Below, in pieces: positions 1 to 8,313 of a stretch of DNA of 64,000 nucleotides; positions within the stretch are counted from its first letter, which is position 1, and each line of letters starts with the position of its first letter. The stretch spans positions 1 to 64,000 of the forward strand of contig JANOAV010000037.1 in NCBI GenBank assembly GCA_031411295.1, in the 5' to 3' direction. Below the pieces are notes generated by a model. The model made no database searches. It worked only from the letters and a program-made list of their open reading frames with translations, and was not told the origin of the DNA. The position numbers were made by a program, and so were the translations under genes. The stretch is from Verrucomicrobiales bacterium (GTDB taxonomy: Bacteria > Verrucomicrobiota > Verrucomicrobiia > Verrucomicrobiales > V1-33).

Positions 1-1455
1 TTCTGGAAACGGCTGGACCATGGCGGCAGCAATACCCTGTGGGACACCGTGCAGACGGATGAGAACGGAAATTTGCTAGACTACGGACTCCAATATGTGC
101 CACCGACCACCGAATCCCCGACGTATGATGCGGATGGCAACTTGCTCTCCGACGGTCGGCGGAGTTACGTCTGGGATGCGGAGAATCGGCTCATCCAGAT
201 CAACTGGACCGCAGCGCAGAGCGCGTTTGCAGGCTACAGCGGGAACATTACCTACACCTACGATGGCCTGTCCCGACGCGTTAGCCGGAAATACACCCTC
301 ACCGCTTCAGGCACCACCACGACGATGGATTGGGTGGGGTATAAATATGACGGCTGGAACCACGTCATGACCGTCCGGTTAAATCTGGTCGGCACGGTTA
401 TCACCGCGACCGGACGCGTGGCCACCTACGTCTGGGGGCCGGATATTGCCAGCAGCTACCACGCAGGCCGCTCCATGCAAGGCGCAGGTGGTGTGGGCGG
501 CCTGCTGCTAGTCCTAGACGGTGTAGCAACCGCCGAATACAACCCCGCCACCTCCGACCCCAACCCCATCGACGACGACTATTTCCCCCTGATGGACCGC
601 ATGGGCAACGTTACCGGCTACAAGAAAGCCAGCACCACCACGCCCGCTGCCCAACTAGACGCCATCTACGACTACGACGCCTTCGGCCAAGAAGTCCGCA
701 GCACCGGCCCCGCTGCAGATGTGGTGCCGTATCACTTTAGCACAAAATTCGCGGATGCCACGGGTTTGGTGTATTACGGCTATCGCTGGTATGACGCAGC
801 GAAGGGAAGGTGGCTGAGTCGAGATCCGATTGGGGAGAAGGGTGGGGTGAATCTTTATCTAAGTTGTAAAAATAGAATGACTAGTGTGATTGATACGGAC
901 GGAAGAGCTACTATCGATATTGGAGGAGGACCTGACAGCTCCTTGGACCCCGGAGATTTTGGTGCAAAGTTTTTGAAGGACCAGAGTGGCGAGCTGAATG
1001 GGAAAATCGGACCAAATTTCCTCCCATTATCCGATAAGTATTGTGGCTGTCTCGATATGCTGAAGGGGCAGATGAAAAGTGACAACAAGATGGAAGACCT
1101 CTACAAGAAGCTACGTGATGCAAAAAAAGCCGATGGAACGCCGCAGTATCCAACGCCAGACGACATTTATAAAGCTATTGACGCTGCGACCAAACCACAA
1201 GGCGCACAAACTGCAGGTCAAACGAACAATGAAGGGAAAGCATCATCAAATAACCTAAGTATGAAGGCTCCTTGCAGTGAGTTAAACGAAAGCGTGACAG
1301 CAATTCATGAACAGGCCATTCAAAAGAAAGGCCCCGCTTCAACCACGGGGCGGGGCTATGCGGACGAGGAACTAGCAGGCCACGGTGCCGCGAAAGCAAA
1401 ACTGCAGGAGATGATTAGTAAGTTAGAGGAAATCTGTAAATGTAAGAAAAAATGA
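1..1455 (+). CDS. Rhs repeat-associated core protein with variable C-terminal (putative toxin) domain; 5'-partial, module 1
   Basis: YD repeats (TYDADGNL, YVWDAENRL, YTYDGLSRR) and Rhs core end PYHFSTK...YYGYRWYD...GRWLSRDPIGEKGGVNLY...DTDG, followed by an AT-richer unique C-terminus. The frame is open from base 1. Confidence 0.92.
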   Translation, partial: FWKRLDHGGSNTLWDTVQTDENGNLLDYGLQYVPPTTESPTYDADGNLLSDGRRSYVWDAENRLIQINWTAAQSAFAGYSGNITYTYDGLSRRVSRKYTLTASGTTTTMDWVGYKYDGWNHVMTVRLNLVGTVITATGRVATYVWGPDIASSYHAGRSMQGAGGVGGLLLVLDGVATAEYNPATSDPNPIDDDYFPLMDRMGNVTGYKKASTTTPAAQLDAIYDYDAFGQEVRSTGPAADVVPYHFSTKFADATGLVYYGYRWYDAAKGRWLSRDPIGEKGGVNLYLSCKNRMTSVIDTDGRATIDIGGGPDSSLDPGDFGAKFLKDQSGELNGKIGPNFLPLSDKYCGCLDMLKGQMKSDNKMEDLYKKLRDAKKADGTPQYPTPDDIYKAIDAATKPQGAQTAGQTNNEGKASSNNLSMKAPCSELNESVTAIHEQAIQKKGPASTTGRGYADEELAGHGAAKAKLQEMISKLEEICKCKKK

Positions 1456-1904
1456 ATGATACAAACCCAGCATTAAGTTCAAAAGATATCACGAGGCGAA
1501 AAGCCGTTACAGTGGGCCTGCTACTGGGGGCTGATATTGGCGTATCTGCAGGGAAGCCCTCCGCTGTTTCGGATTCTAATGATAGTGACGAGTTGAAGCC
1601 ATCCAAAGCAACGCTCCAAGTTTTAGCAATAGGAAAAGTAACTAATCTTAAAGTGCTTTCCGCTGAGGAGAAGGCAGCTAGCCGTCGGCGGCTTTCCGTA
1701 ACGTTTGAACTTACAAGCCAAATTGGTTTTCCAGACAATACAAATTCGCTCAGCATAAGATTCAACGCATTGTCCAGAGTTTTCGGAGTGACCAAAGATG
1801 AAGCAATCACGAAAAAACATTATTTAGTTAGGCTGCTAGACGAGTATACTCAGCCTTATGATGGACGCTTTGAAATTTGGATTCTCCAGGGAGTGTGTCC
1901 GTGA
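1452..1904 (+). CDS. putative immunity protein for Rhs module 1
   Basis: Overlaps the Rhs stop (ATGA), is AT-rich and small (150 aa), and has an N-terminal RR plus hydrophobic stretch. Role inferred from position. Confidence 0.6.
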   Translation: MNDTNPALSSKDITRRKAVTVGLLLGADIGVSAGKPSAVSDSNDSDELKPSKATLQVLAIGKVTNLKVLSAEEKAASRRRLSVTFELTSQIGFPDNTNSLSIRFNALSRVFGVTKDEAITKKHYLVRLLDEYTQPYDGRFEIWILQGVCP

Positions 1905-1937
1905 GTGAAGGCAAAACGGGCCAGGCTTAATTCACAC
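1905..1937 (+). repeat. 33-bp Rhs-junction motif, copy 1
   Basis: gtgaaggcaaaacgggccaggcttaattcacac, starting immediately after the immunity stop codon. Confidence 0.85.
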
Positions 1938-2003
1938 TTCCGATGCCTTACCAAATCGAATTAACGCATTCCGAGGCGACGCTGACGGCAGTCGTGCGAG
2001 ACC

Positions 2004-2036
2004 GTGAAGGCAAGACGGGCCAGGCCTAATACACAC
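2004..2036 (+). repeat. 33-bp Rhs-junction motif, copy 2
   Basis: gtgaaggcaagacgggccaggcctaatacacac at the start of module 2. Confidence 0.85.
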
Positions 2037-4205
2037 ATGCGTAATTTGAAATATCACGATTTTCATACTGGCACGCAGACCCTGACGCGCACGCACGATA
2101 CGCTGGGCCGTTTACATTACTTGGATGCTACTTGGGGCACTGCCGCCACCATGCCGCAGATTGAGTATGTTTATGATGCCACGACAGACAAACTCAATCT
2201 CGTTAGCGGAATGAGCCGACACGTTGCCTTCAGTAATTTTGCAGATGTGAATCTTCCTGGCACGATGGATTTCAAAATCGGAGCCAATCCAACCACCGCC
2301 ACCACTTACATGACCCGCACCCAAACAGTGGACACGGCGGGTCGCCCAGGTTACATTGGTTACACTTCAGGCTCCACAATGCTCCAGTCTTTCACTTACG
2401 CTTACGACCGCTATAACGTCACTGGAGTGACGCGGGAGAACAGTAATGTCTGGGGTTACACCTACGATACCAAGGGCCAAGTGGCCACGGTCCAGAAACG
2501 GTATCAAGCGGGGCAGGAAATTCTCAAAGGCTTGGACACCACCTATAATTACGATCAGATCGGCAATCGCACCACCGTCACGGAGAATTCCAGCCCAGCG
2601 CTGACCACGACTTACACGCCCAATGCGTTGAACCAATACAGTCAGGTGGATATCTCCGCCCGGAAATTTGACGTTAGCGGGTATCGCAGCAACAGCAGTG
2701 CCACGATTGCCATTTACCAAAATGGCGGCACCGCGCAGACGCCAGGATATCAACCCGCCAGCACGGGGCAATATTTCTGGAAACGGCTGGACCATGGCGG
2801 CAGCAATACCCTGTGGGACACCGTGCAGACGGATGAGAACGGAAATTTGCTAGACTACGGACTCCAATATGTGCCGCCGACCACGGAATCCCCCACGTAT
2901 GATGCGGATGGCAACTTGCTCTCGGACGGTCGGCGGAGTTATGTCTGGGATGCGGAGAATCGGCTCATCCAGATCAACTGGACCGCAGCGCAGAGCCCGT
3001 TTGCAGGCTACAGCGGGAACATTACCTACACCTACGATGGCCTGTCCCGACGTGTTAGTCGAAAATACACCCTCACATCTTCGTCGAGCGTAACCACCGT
3101 GATGGATTGGGTGGGGTATAAATATGACGGCTGGAACCACGTCATGACCGTGCGACTCAATCTGGTCGGCACGGTCATCACCGCGACCGGACGCGTGGCC
3201 ACCTACGTCTGGGGACCAGATATTGCCAGCAGTTACCAAGCAGGCCGCTCCATGCAAGGCGCAGGTGGTGTGGGCGGCTTGCTGCTCGTGCTGGACGGTG
3301 TCTCCACCGCCGAATACAACCCCGCTAATTCTGACCCCAACCCCATCGACGACGACTATTTCCCGCTGATGGATCGCATGGGGAACGTGACCGGCTACAA
3401 AAAAGCCAGCACCACCACGCCCGCCGCCCAACTAGACGCCATCTACGACTACGACGCCTTCGGCCAGGAAGTCCGCAGCAGCGGCCCCGCTGCCGATGTG
3501 GTCCCTTACCACTTCAGCACAAAATTCACGGATGCCACGGGCTTGGTGTATTACGGTTACCGCTGGTATGATGCTGCGAAAGGGCGGTGGCTTAGTCAGG
3601 ATCCGATCGGGGAGAAGGGTGGGGTGAATTTGTATGGAATGGTGGGGAACAGAGTGATTGATCGTGTGGATTTGTTGGGTTTAGCGGAAGGGGAATTCAC
3701 TGTCGAAAATATGGGCGAATTAGGGGATCCCACAGATCCGACAATTGCTAAGCAAGGCCCAAAGGCCAGACAGGGGTATCAAGTGGCTTATACCCCGGCT
3801 GATCCTTGTGCGTGCAAAAAACCGGATACCATAATTCTCGTGCAGGCGATTAGTTATGATGGTCCGAAAGGATATATGCCACAGTTTGATAGGACTAATT
3901 CGCAAAAGGAGAAACAGATTAAAACGGGGGGGCAACCTCCCCCTGCTTATCCTGGAAAAAGTGGTGGAGAAGGAGTGGGAGAACAATGGATGAGAGATGC
4001 GCCAATAATTGATGGCGATAAAAAGGGGACATACTACCTTGAGGTTTGTGCAATCTGTCGTGGCAAGACCGATGTAATCCTAGGCTGCAAGCGGTTTGAC
4101 TTCGACAACTTCACGCGCAACCTGATAGGAACGCCAAGCACTTTAGCGGATGATCCTACACAGCATTGGAAAAATGCACAGAACGAGTGGGATAAGCTGC
4201 ATTAA
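2004..4205 (+). CDS. orphan Rhs module 2 (partial Rhs core + variable C-terminus); start uncertain (GTG 2004 or ATG 2037)
   Basis: YD repeats and core end WLSQDPIGEKGGVNLYGMVGN...DLLG. Bases 2775-~3630 are nearly identical to 1-~852. Confidence 0.9.
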   Translation: MKARRARPNTHMRNLKYHDFHTGTQTLTRTHDTLGRLHYLDATWGTAATMPQIEYVYDATTDKLNLVSGMSRHVAFSNFADVNLPGTMDFKIGANPTTATTYMTRTQTVDTAGRPGYIGYTSGSTMLQSFTYAYDRYNVTGVTRENSNVWGYTYDTKGQVATVQKRYQAGQEILKGLDTTYNYDQIGNRTTVTENSSPALTTTYTPNALNQYSQVDISARKFDVSGYRSNSSATIAIYQNGGTAQTPGYQPASTGQYFWKRLDHGGSNTLWDTVQTDENGNLLDYGLQYVPPTTESPTYDADGNLLSDGRRSYVWDAENRLIQINWTAAQSPFAGYSGNITYTYDGLSRRVSRKYTLTSSSSVTTVMDWVGYKYDGWNHVMTVRLNLVGTVITATGRVATYVWGPDIASSYQAGRSMQGAGGVGGLLLVLDGVSTAEYNPANSDPNPIDDDYFPLMDRMGNVTGYKKASTTTPAAQLDAIYDYDAFGQEVRSSGPAADVVPYHFSTKFTDATGLVYYGYRWYDAAKGRWLSQDPIGEKGGVNLYGMVGNRVIDRVDLLGLAEGEFTVENMGELGDPTDPTIAKQGPKARQGYQVAYTPADPCACKKPDTIILVQAISYDGPKGYMPQFDRTNSQKEKQIKTGGQPPPAYPGKSGGEGVGEQWMRDAPIIDGDKKGTYYLEVCAICRGKTDVILGCKRFDFDNFTRNLIGTPSTLADDPTQHWKNAQNEWDKLH

Positions 4206-4218
4206 ATATTTCTGCAAA

Positions 4219-4476
4219 ATGAAAATCCGATTTTTGAAAATATTTAAGCGCGTCATGATAATGTGCGCAGCCTACATGCTTCTATTTTATAGCTTAATGA
4301 CGACTGATGTTGTGGTTTACGATTCATATAATCACGTTCAATACCGATGCGCTGCGCGTCTTTGTGCTAACAATACTGTGTTCGTAAATGGAAGGCGGGA
4401 ACTGATTAAAGATTGGACTATTTTAAATCCGATATTTTATCCAGCTGAGTGTTTTCATTTCTATGCATTCGAGTAA
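4219..4476 (+). CDS. putative immunity protein for Rhs module 2
   Basis: Small AT-rich ORF just after the Rhs stop. Begins MKIRFLKIFKR, followed by a hydrophobic helix. Confidence 0.55.
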   Translation: MKIRFLKIFKRVMIMCAAYMLLFYSLMTTDVVVYDSYNHVQYRCAARLCANNTVFVNGRRELIKDWTILNPIFYPAECFHFYAFE

Positions 4477-4510
4477 AAAAACCATAAAAAGGAGCGGCAA
4501 ACAAGATGAC

Positions 4511-4543
4511 ATGAAGGCAAGACGGGCCAGGCTTAATACACAC
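4511..4543 (+). repeat. 33-bp Rhs-junction motif, copy 3
   Basis: atgaaggcaagacgggccaggcttaatacacac at the start of module 3. Confidence 0.85.
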
Positions 4544-6793
4544 ATGCGCAAGTTGAAATATCATGAATTCCATACTGGCACGCAGACGCTGACGCGCACG
4601 CACGATACGCTGGGCCGGTTACATTACTTGGATGCTACTTGGGGCACTGCTTCCACTATGCCGCAGATCGAGTATGTCTATGATAGCACGACGGATAAAC
4701 TCAATCGTGTCAGCGGAATGAGCCGACATGTGGCTTTCAGTAATTTTGCGGATGTGAATCTTCCTGGCACGATGGAATTTAAAATTGGAGCCAATCCAGC
4801 CACTGCCGCCACCTATATGACCCGCACACAAACGGTGGACACGGCGGGTCGGACGGGTTACATTGGCTACACTTCCGGTTCCACCATGCTTCAGTCCTTC
4901 ACTTACGCTTACGACCGCTACAGCGTTACAGACGTGACGCGGGAGAATGGGCATTTATGGAATTATACTTACGATACGAAAGGCCAAGTGGGCACTGCGA
5001 TCAAACGCACAGCCACCGGTCAACCAGCCCTGCGCGGAATGAACACCACCTACAACTACGACCAGATTGGCAACCGGACCACAGTGAGGGAGAATTCCGC
5101 TCCAGCGCTGACGACTACCTACACGAGCAATGCCCTGAACCAATACACCCAAGTAGGCCTTTCGTCCCGGTCGTTTGATGTCAGTGGGTATCGCTCCAGT
5201 AGTTCTTCTCCCATCCAACTGTTTCAAAATAACGGGGCTGCCCAGACCCCGATTTACTCTCCATCCTTCACTGGGTTGTTTTTCTGGCGACGGCTGACCC
5301 ACGGTGGCAGCAATGACTTCTGGGATCTGGTGGAAACCAAGGAAAATGGCACCACCATCGACTACGGCTACCAATATGTGCCGCCACTCACAGAGATTCC
5401 CACATACGATGCAGATGGCAATCTGCTCTCCGATGGTCGGCGGAACTACGTGTGGGATGCGGAGAATCGGCTCATCGAGATCAACTGGACTGCGGCTCAG
5501 AGCCCGATGGCTGGCTACAGCGGCAAGATTACCTACACCTACGATGGCCTGTCCCGCCGCGTGAGCCGGACCAACAGCATCACTTGGACCGCTACAAATA
5601 CGACCTACTGCCTTGATGCTCTGGGTTACCAATTTGATGGGTGGAACCATATTATGACTGTGCGGTTCAACAGTGCGGGAGTCCCAACAGGCAGGCAAGC
5701 CGCCTACGTCTGGGGGCCGGACGTGGCCAGCAGTTATCAAGCTGGACGCTCCATGCAAGGCGCAGGAGGCGTGGGCGGCCTGCTGATGGTCCTCGACGGC
5801 GTGTCCCTGCCAGAATACCAATATACCTCGGACCCCAACCCCATCGACGACGACTATTTCCCGCTGATGGACCGCATGGGAAATGTGACTGCCTACAAGA
5901 AAGCTAGCACCACTACCCCCGCCGCCCAACTAGACGCCATCTACGACTACGACGCCTTCGGCCAAGAAGTCCGCAGCACCGGCCCCGCCGCCGATGTGGT
6001 GCCGTATCACTTCAGCACGAAATTTGCCGATGCTAGCGGACTGGTGTATTATGGATATAGATGGTATGATCCTGCAAAGGGTCGGTGGCTGAGCCAGGAC
6101 CCGATTGGGGAAACGGGCGGGCTGAATTTGGTTGGGATGGTAGGGAATAATAATATCACGAGGTTTGACAGGTTAGGCTTGGATTGGTGGTCTTCGCGTG
6201 GGGACCCTCCACCTCCTCCTTCTTCTGAACCTTATTACGATTATCGGCCTCCCGCAGGGCGCCGTAATTATGAGGGCGACATGGGATCTCCCTCTGGGGG
6301 TATTATGAATAACGCGCCAAACTGGGATATGTCGTTGCAAGGTAGCCCCTGTAGTGACGACCACGCCACTTTGGATGAGTTTTCAGTGAAATCATCTTGG
6401 TCTTCACCTAATATCATTTTGCGACCATCAATTAAAATAAGTGGGCGATATGCAAAGCTCCAGATACGTTATTTCAGTTGCTGGGCACCGGACCCTCAGG
6501 GGACGTTTCCGGGTGACTTTAATTCGTCACGACAAGATGGGATAAGGGATGCCGGCAGCACTGTGGGTGATCGAGCTGGCTACCGTCATGAGTATGACAA
6601 CAAAATGAAGGGGGCTATCAAACTAGGAATCGGAGGGCCGTTCGATGTCGGGCAATTAAATAGAGTAGAGATTGGCTACTACAGCTGTAACTGTGGAAGA
6701 CTGGAGTTCACAAAACACCAAAAGGCCGTGCAAGCCAATAACTCTTTTTGGGGGCGACCGTCACGTCACGGCAAACCGCTTCCTAATGATTAA
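4511..6793 (+). CDS. orphan Rhs module 3 (partial Rhs core + variable C-terminus); start uncertain
   Basis: Same N-terminal boundary as module 2 (HTGTQTLTRTHDTLGRL). Core end is WLSQDPIGETGGLNL...DRLG, then a unique C-terminus. Confidence 0.9.
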   Translation: MKARRARLNTHMRKLKYHEFHTGTQTLTRTHDTLGRLHYLDATWGTASTMPQIEYVYDSTTDKLNRVSGMSRHVAFSNFADVNLPGTMEFKIGANPATAATYMTRTQTVDTAGRTGYIGYTSGSTMLQSFTYAYDRYSVTDVTRENGHLWNYTYDTKGQVGTAIKRTATGQPALRGMNTTYNYDQIGNRTTVRENSAPALTTTYTSNALNQYTQVGLSSRSFDVSGYRSSSSSPIQLFQNNGAAQTPIYSPSFTGLFFWRRLTHGGSNDFWDLVETKENGTTIDYGYQYVPPLTEIPTYDADGNLLSDGRRNYVWDAENRLIEINWTAAQSPMAGYSGKITYTYDGLSRRVSRTNSITWTATNTTYCLDALGYQFDGWNHIMTVRFNSAGVPTGRQAAYVWGPDVASSYQAGRSMQGAGGVGGLLMVLDGVSLPEYQYTSDPNPIDDDYFPLMDRMGNVTAYKKASTTTPAAQLDAIYDYDAFGQEVRSTGPAADVVPYHFSTKFADASGLVYYGYRWYDPAKGRWLSQDPIGETGGLNLVGMVGNNNITRFDRLGLDWWSSRGDPPPPPSSEPYYDYRPPAGRRNYEGDMGSPSGGIMNNAPNWDMSLQGSPCSDDHATLDEFSVKSSWSSPNIILRPSIKISGRYAKLQIRYFSCWAPDPQGTFPGDFNSSRQDGIRDAGSTVGDRAGYRHEYDNKMKGAIKLGIGGPFDVGQLNRVEIGYYSCNCGRLEFTKHQKAVQANNSFWGRPSRHGKPLPND

Positions 6794-6808
6794 ACAAATA
6801 CATGATTT

Positions 6809-7384
6809 ATGAGTAAAAAAATCCGATGCCGTATCTTAGTAGCTGGTATTCCATTGCTCATTATTACGGGAATGATTCTTTCATTAAACGTAATACCCAT
6901 GCTTAAAGCTAGGCTCTCAGAGTCTCAACTGCGAAATATAGCATTTGTTTACAATGATGCATTTAAGGATGATATACAACACGGGTCCCACCATTTCGCG
7001 TCTAATTCTACGGAGGAGTTGGAGAAGTTGGTGCAACTCGGTTACGTTGAAGATGCAAGTTTCTTGAAATTGCAACACTTGGAAGATACAGAAAACCCGT
7101 GGGGGCTTATATTTTCATATGACAAAAATGTCGTCAATGAGTTCAATTTACCAATAATTATTAATGCGTGTGACGAACTTTTTTTTACTTGGCCTCACAA
7201 CGGGAAATCGGCAGGTGCGCTATTTGGCGGTAGAGTAATATTGTGTGATTCGCTCGGTAATTTATATAGCATAAACACAAATAAGGAAGGGGAGCTTTCT
7301 TTGAGTTTAACGAATGGCTCGAGTGCGAATATATCGAACTTACTTCATAATGGAACATTGAAAATTTTACGGCCAAAACGGTAG
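6809..7384 (+). CDS. putative immunity protein for Rhs module 3, N-terminally membrane-anchored
   Basis: AT-rich 191-aa ORF 15 bp after the Rhs stop, with an N-terminal hydrophobic helix. Confidence 0.6.
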   Translation: MSKKIRCRILVAGIPLLIITGMILSLNVIPMLKARLSESQLRNIAFVYNDAFKDDIQHGSHHFASNSTEELEKLVQLGYVEDASFLKLQHLEDTENPWGLIFSYDKNVVNEFNLPIIINACDELFFTWPHNGKSAGALFGGRVILCDSLGNLYSINTNKEGELSLSLTNGSSANISNLLHNGTLKILRPKR

Positions 7385-7578
7385 CAGTAAGCGTTTTATT
7401 TGGCGATAAACATGTAATTCCATAATGCCTGTAAGTCCCGTGTTGACTCAAAAGAAGTAGTGCACCGGAGGTGCGCAAGGAAAATGTAATGGATGGTGTG
7501 GATTACTCATAAGTGGAGTGCACCGAGTCGGTCTTGGTTTAGGCTGTTTGTCTTGGTTGGCTGCGGGGATTGGGATGG

Positions 7579-7685
7579 GTCGATATTGTTAGTGCGACGG
7601 AGGGCGCAGGTGCCGGGGCGCAGGGTGAGCGCAGCGAACTCTGCGCCCCGGCACCGGAGGCCGTAGTCGCACTAACAATATCGAC
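7579..7685. repeat. nested palindrome (REP/REPIN-like)
   Basis: gtcgatattgttagtgcgac (7579-7598) is the perfect reverse complement of 7666-7685. Inner arms are ggtgccggggcgcag / ctgcgccccggcacc. Confidence 0.85.
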
Positions 7686-7703
7686 GGCGCGGTTGCCTGC
7701 CCC

Positions 7704-7771
7704 CGCTAAAAACAATGTGGCAGGCTCTTTATCGGAGCGCTGAAAACAATGTGGCAGGCTCTTTATCGGAG
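7704..7771 (+). repeat. 34-bp tandem direct repeat upstream of the transposase remnant
   Basis: cgct(a/g)aaaacaatgtggcaggctctttatcggag x2 with one mismatch. Confidence 0.9.
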
Positions 7772-7778
7772 AATAGAA

Positions 7779-7806
7779 TTGACATCCTCCAGAATTTCCA
7801 TAGGTT
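7779..7806 (+). promoter_or_regulatory. putative sigma70-type promoter of the transposase remnant
   Basis: TTGACA-N16-TAGGTT with the ATG 6 nt downstream. The same geometry occurs before the intact copy (TTGCGG-N16-TAGACT, 8280-8307). Confidence 0.45.
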
Positions 7807-7812
7807 CACCGC

Positions 7813-8076
7813 ATGACTACCCGATACCGTTTCCGTCCTGCTGATTTGGAGGCTGTCGCCTACTACCACGTGGTTTCCCGATGATATGACCGCAAGTTCT
7901 TGCTGGAGGCTGAAGAGAAGGCGTTTCTGCTCAAGCAGGTGCGTCGCTACGAGGCGCTGCATGGGGTGCGCGTGGTGACTTATTGCATCCTGACGAACCA
8001 TTTCCATCTGCTGGTGGAAGTGCCACCCCGTCCAACTTCGGTGGGGCCGATGTTTACCGAGGCGTCATTTCTGTAA
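7813..8076 (+). pseudogene. truncated copy of the Y1/HUH (RAYT-like) transposase
   Basis: Near-identical to the first 87 codons of 8314..9351. TGC>TGA at 7882-7884, and truncation by TAA at 8074-8076. Confidence 0.9.
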
Positions 8077-8313
8077 GCGTCACGCCGGGCACAGGTAGGC
8101 AAGCTGGCCTGAGGTGGTAGATTCTGGGATGTTTATTTCCTCGCATCGTTCGCCATCATATCTGTCATATCGATCCGATATGACTCTTATCGTTTCCGCT
8201 GGTCTCTACCTTCTGCTGATGGCCTCTGGCTTGGCGTTAGGCCAAGACTAGGTGGCAACCACCTTATTGAAAGAACGACTTGCGGTCCGCCAGAATTTCC
8301 ATAGACTCACCCC

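Noticed and set aside
1905..4543. 33-bp repeats as a CRISPR array
   Set aside because: Only three copies, spaced by 66 bp and ~2.5 kb, and no cas genes in the window.
7882..7884. TGA replacing a Cys codon as selenocysteine recoding
   Set aside because: The copy is also truncated at 8076 and lacks the catalytic Tyr region. A single C>A nonsense change is simpler.
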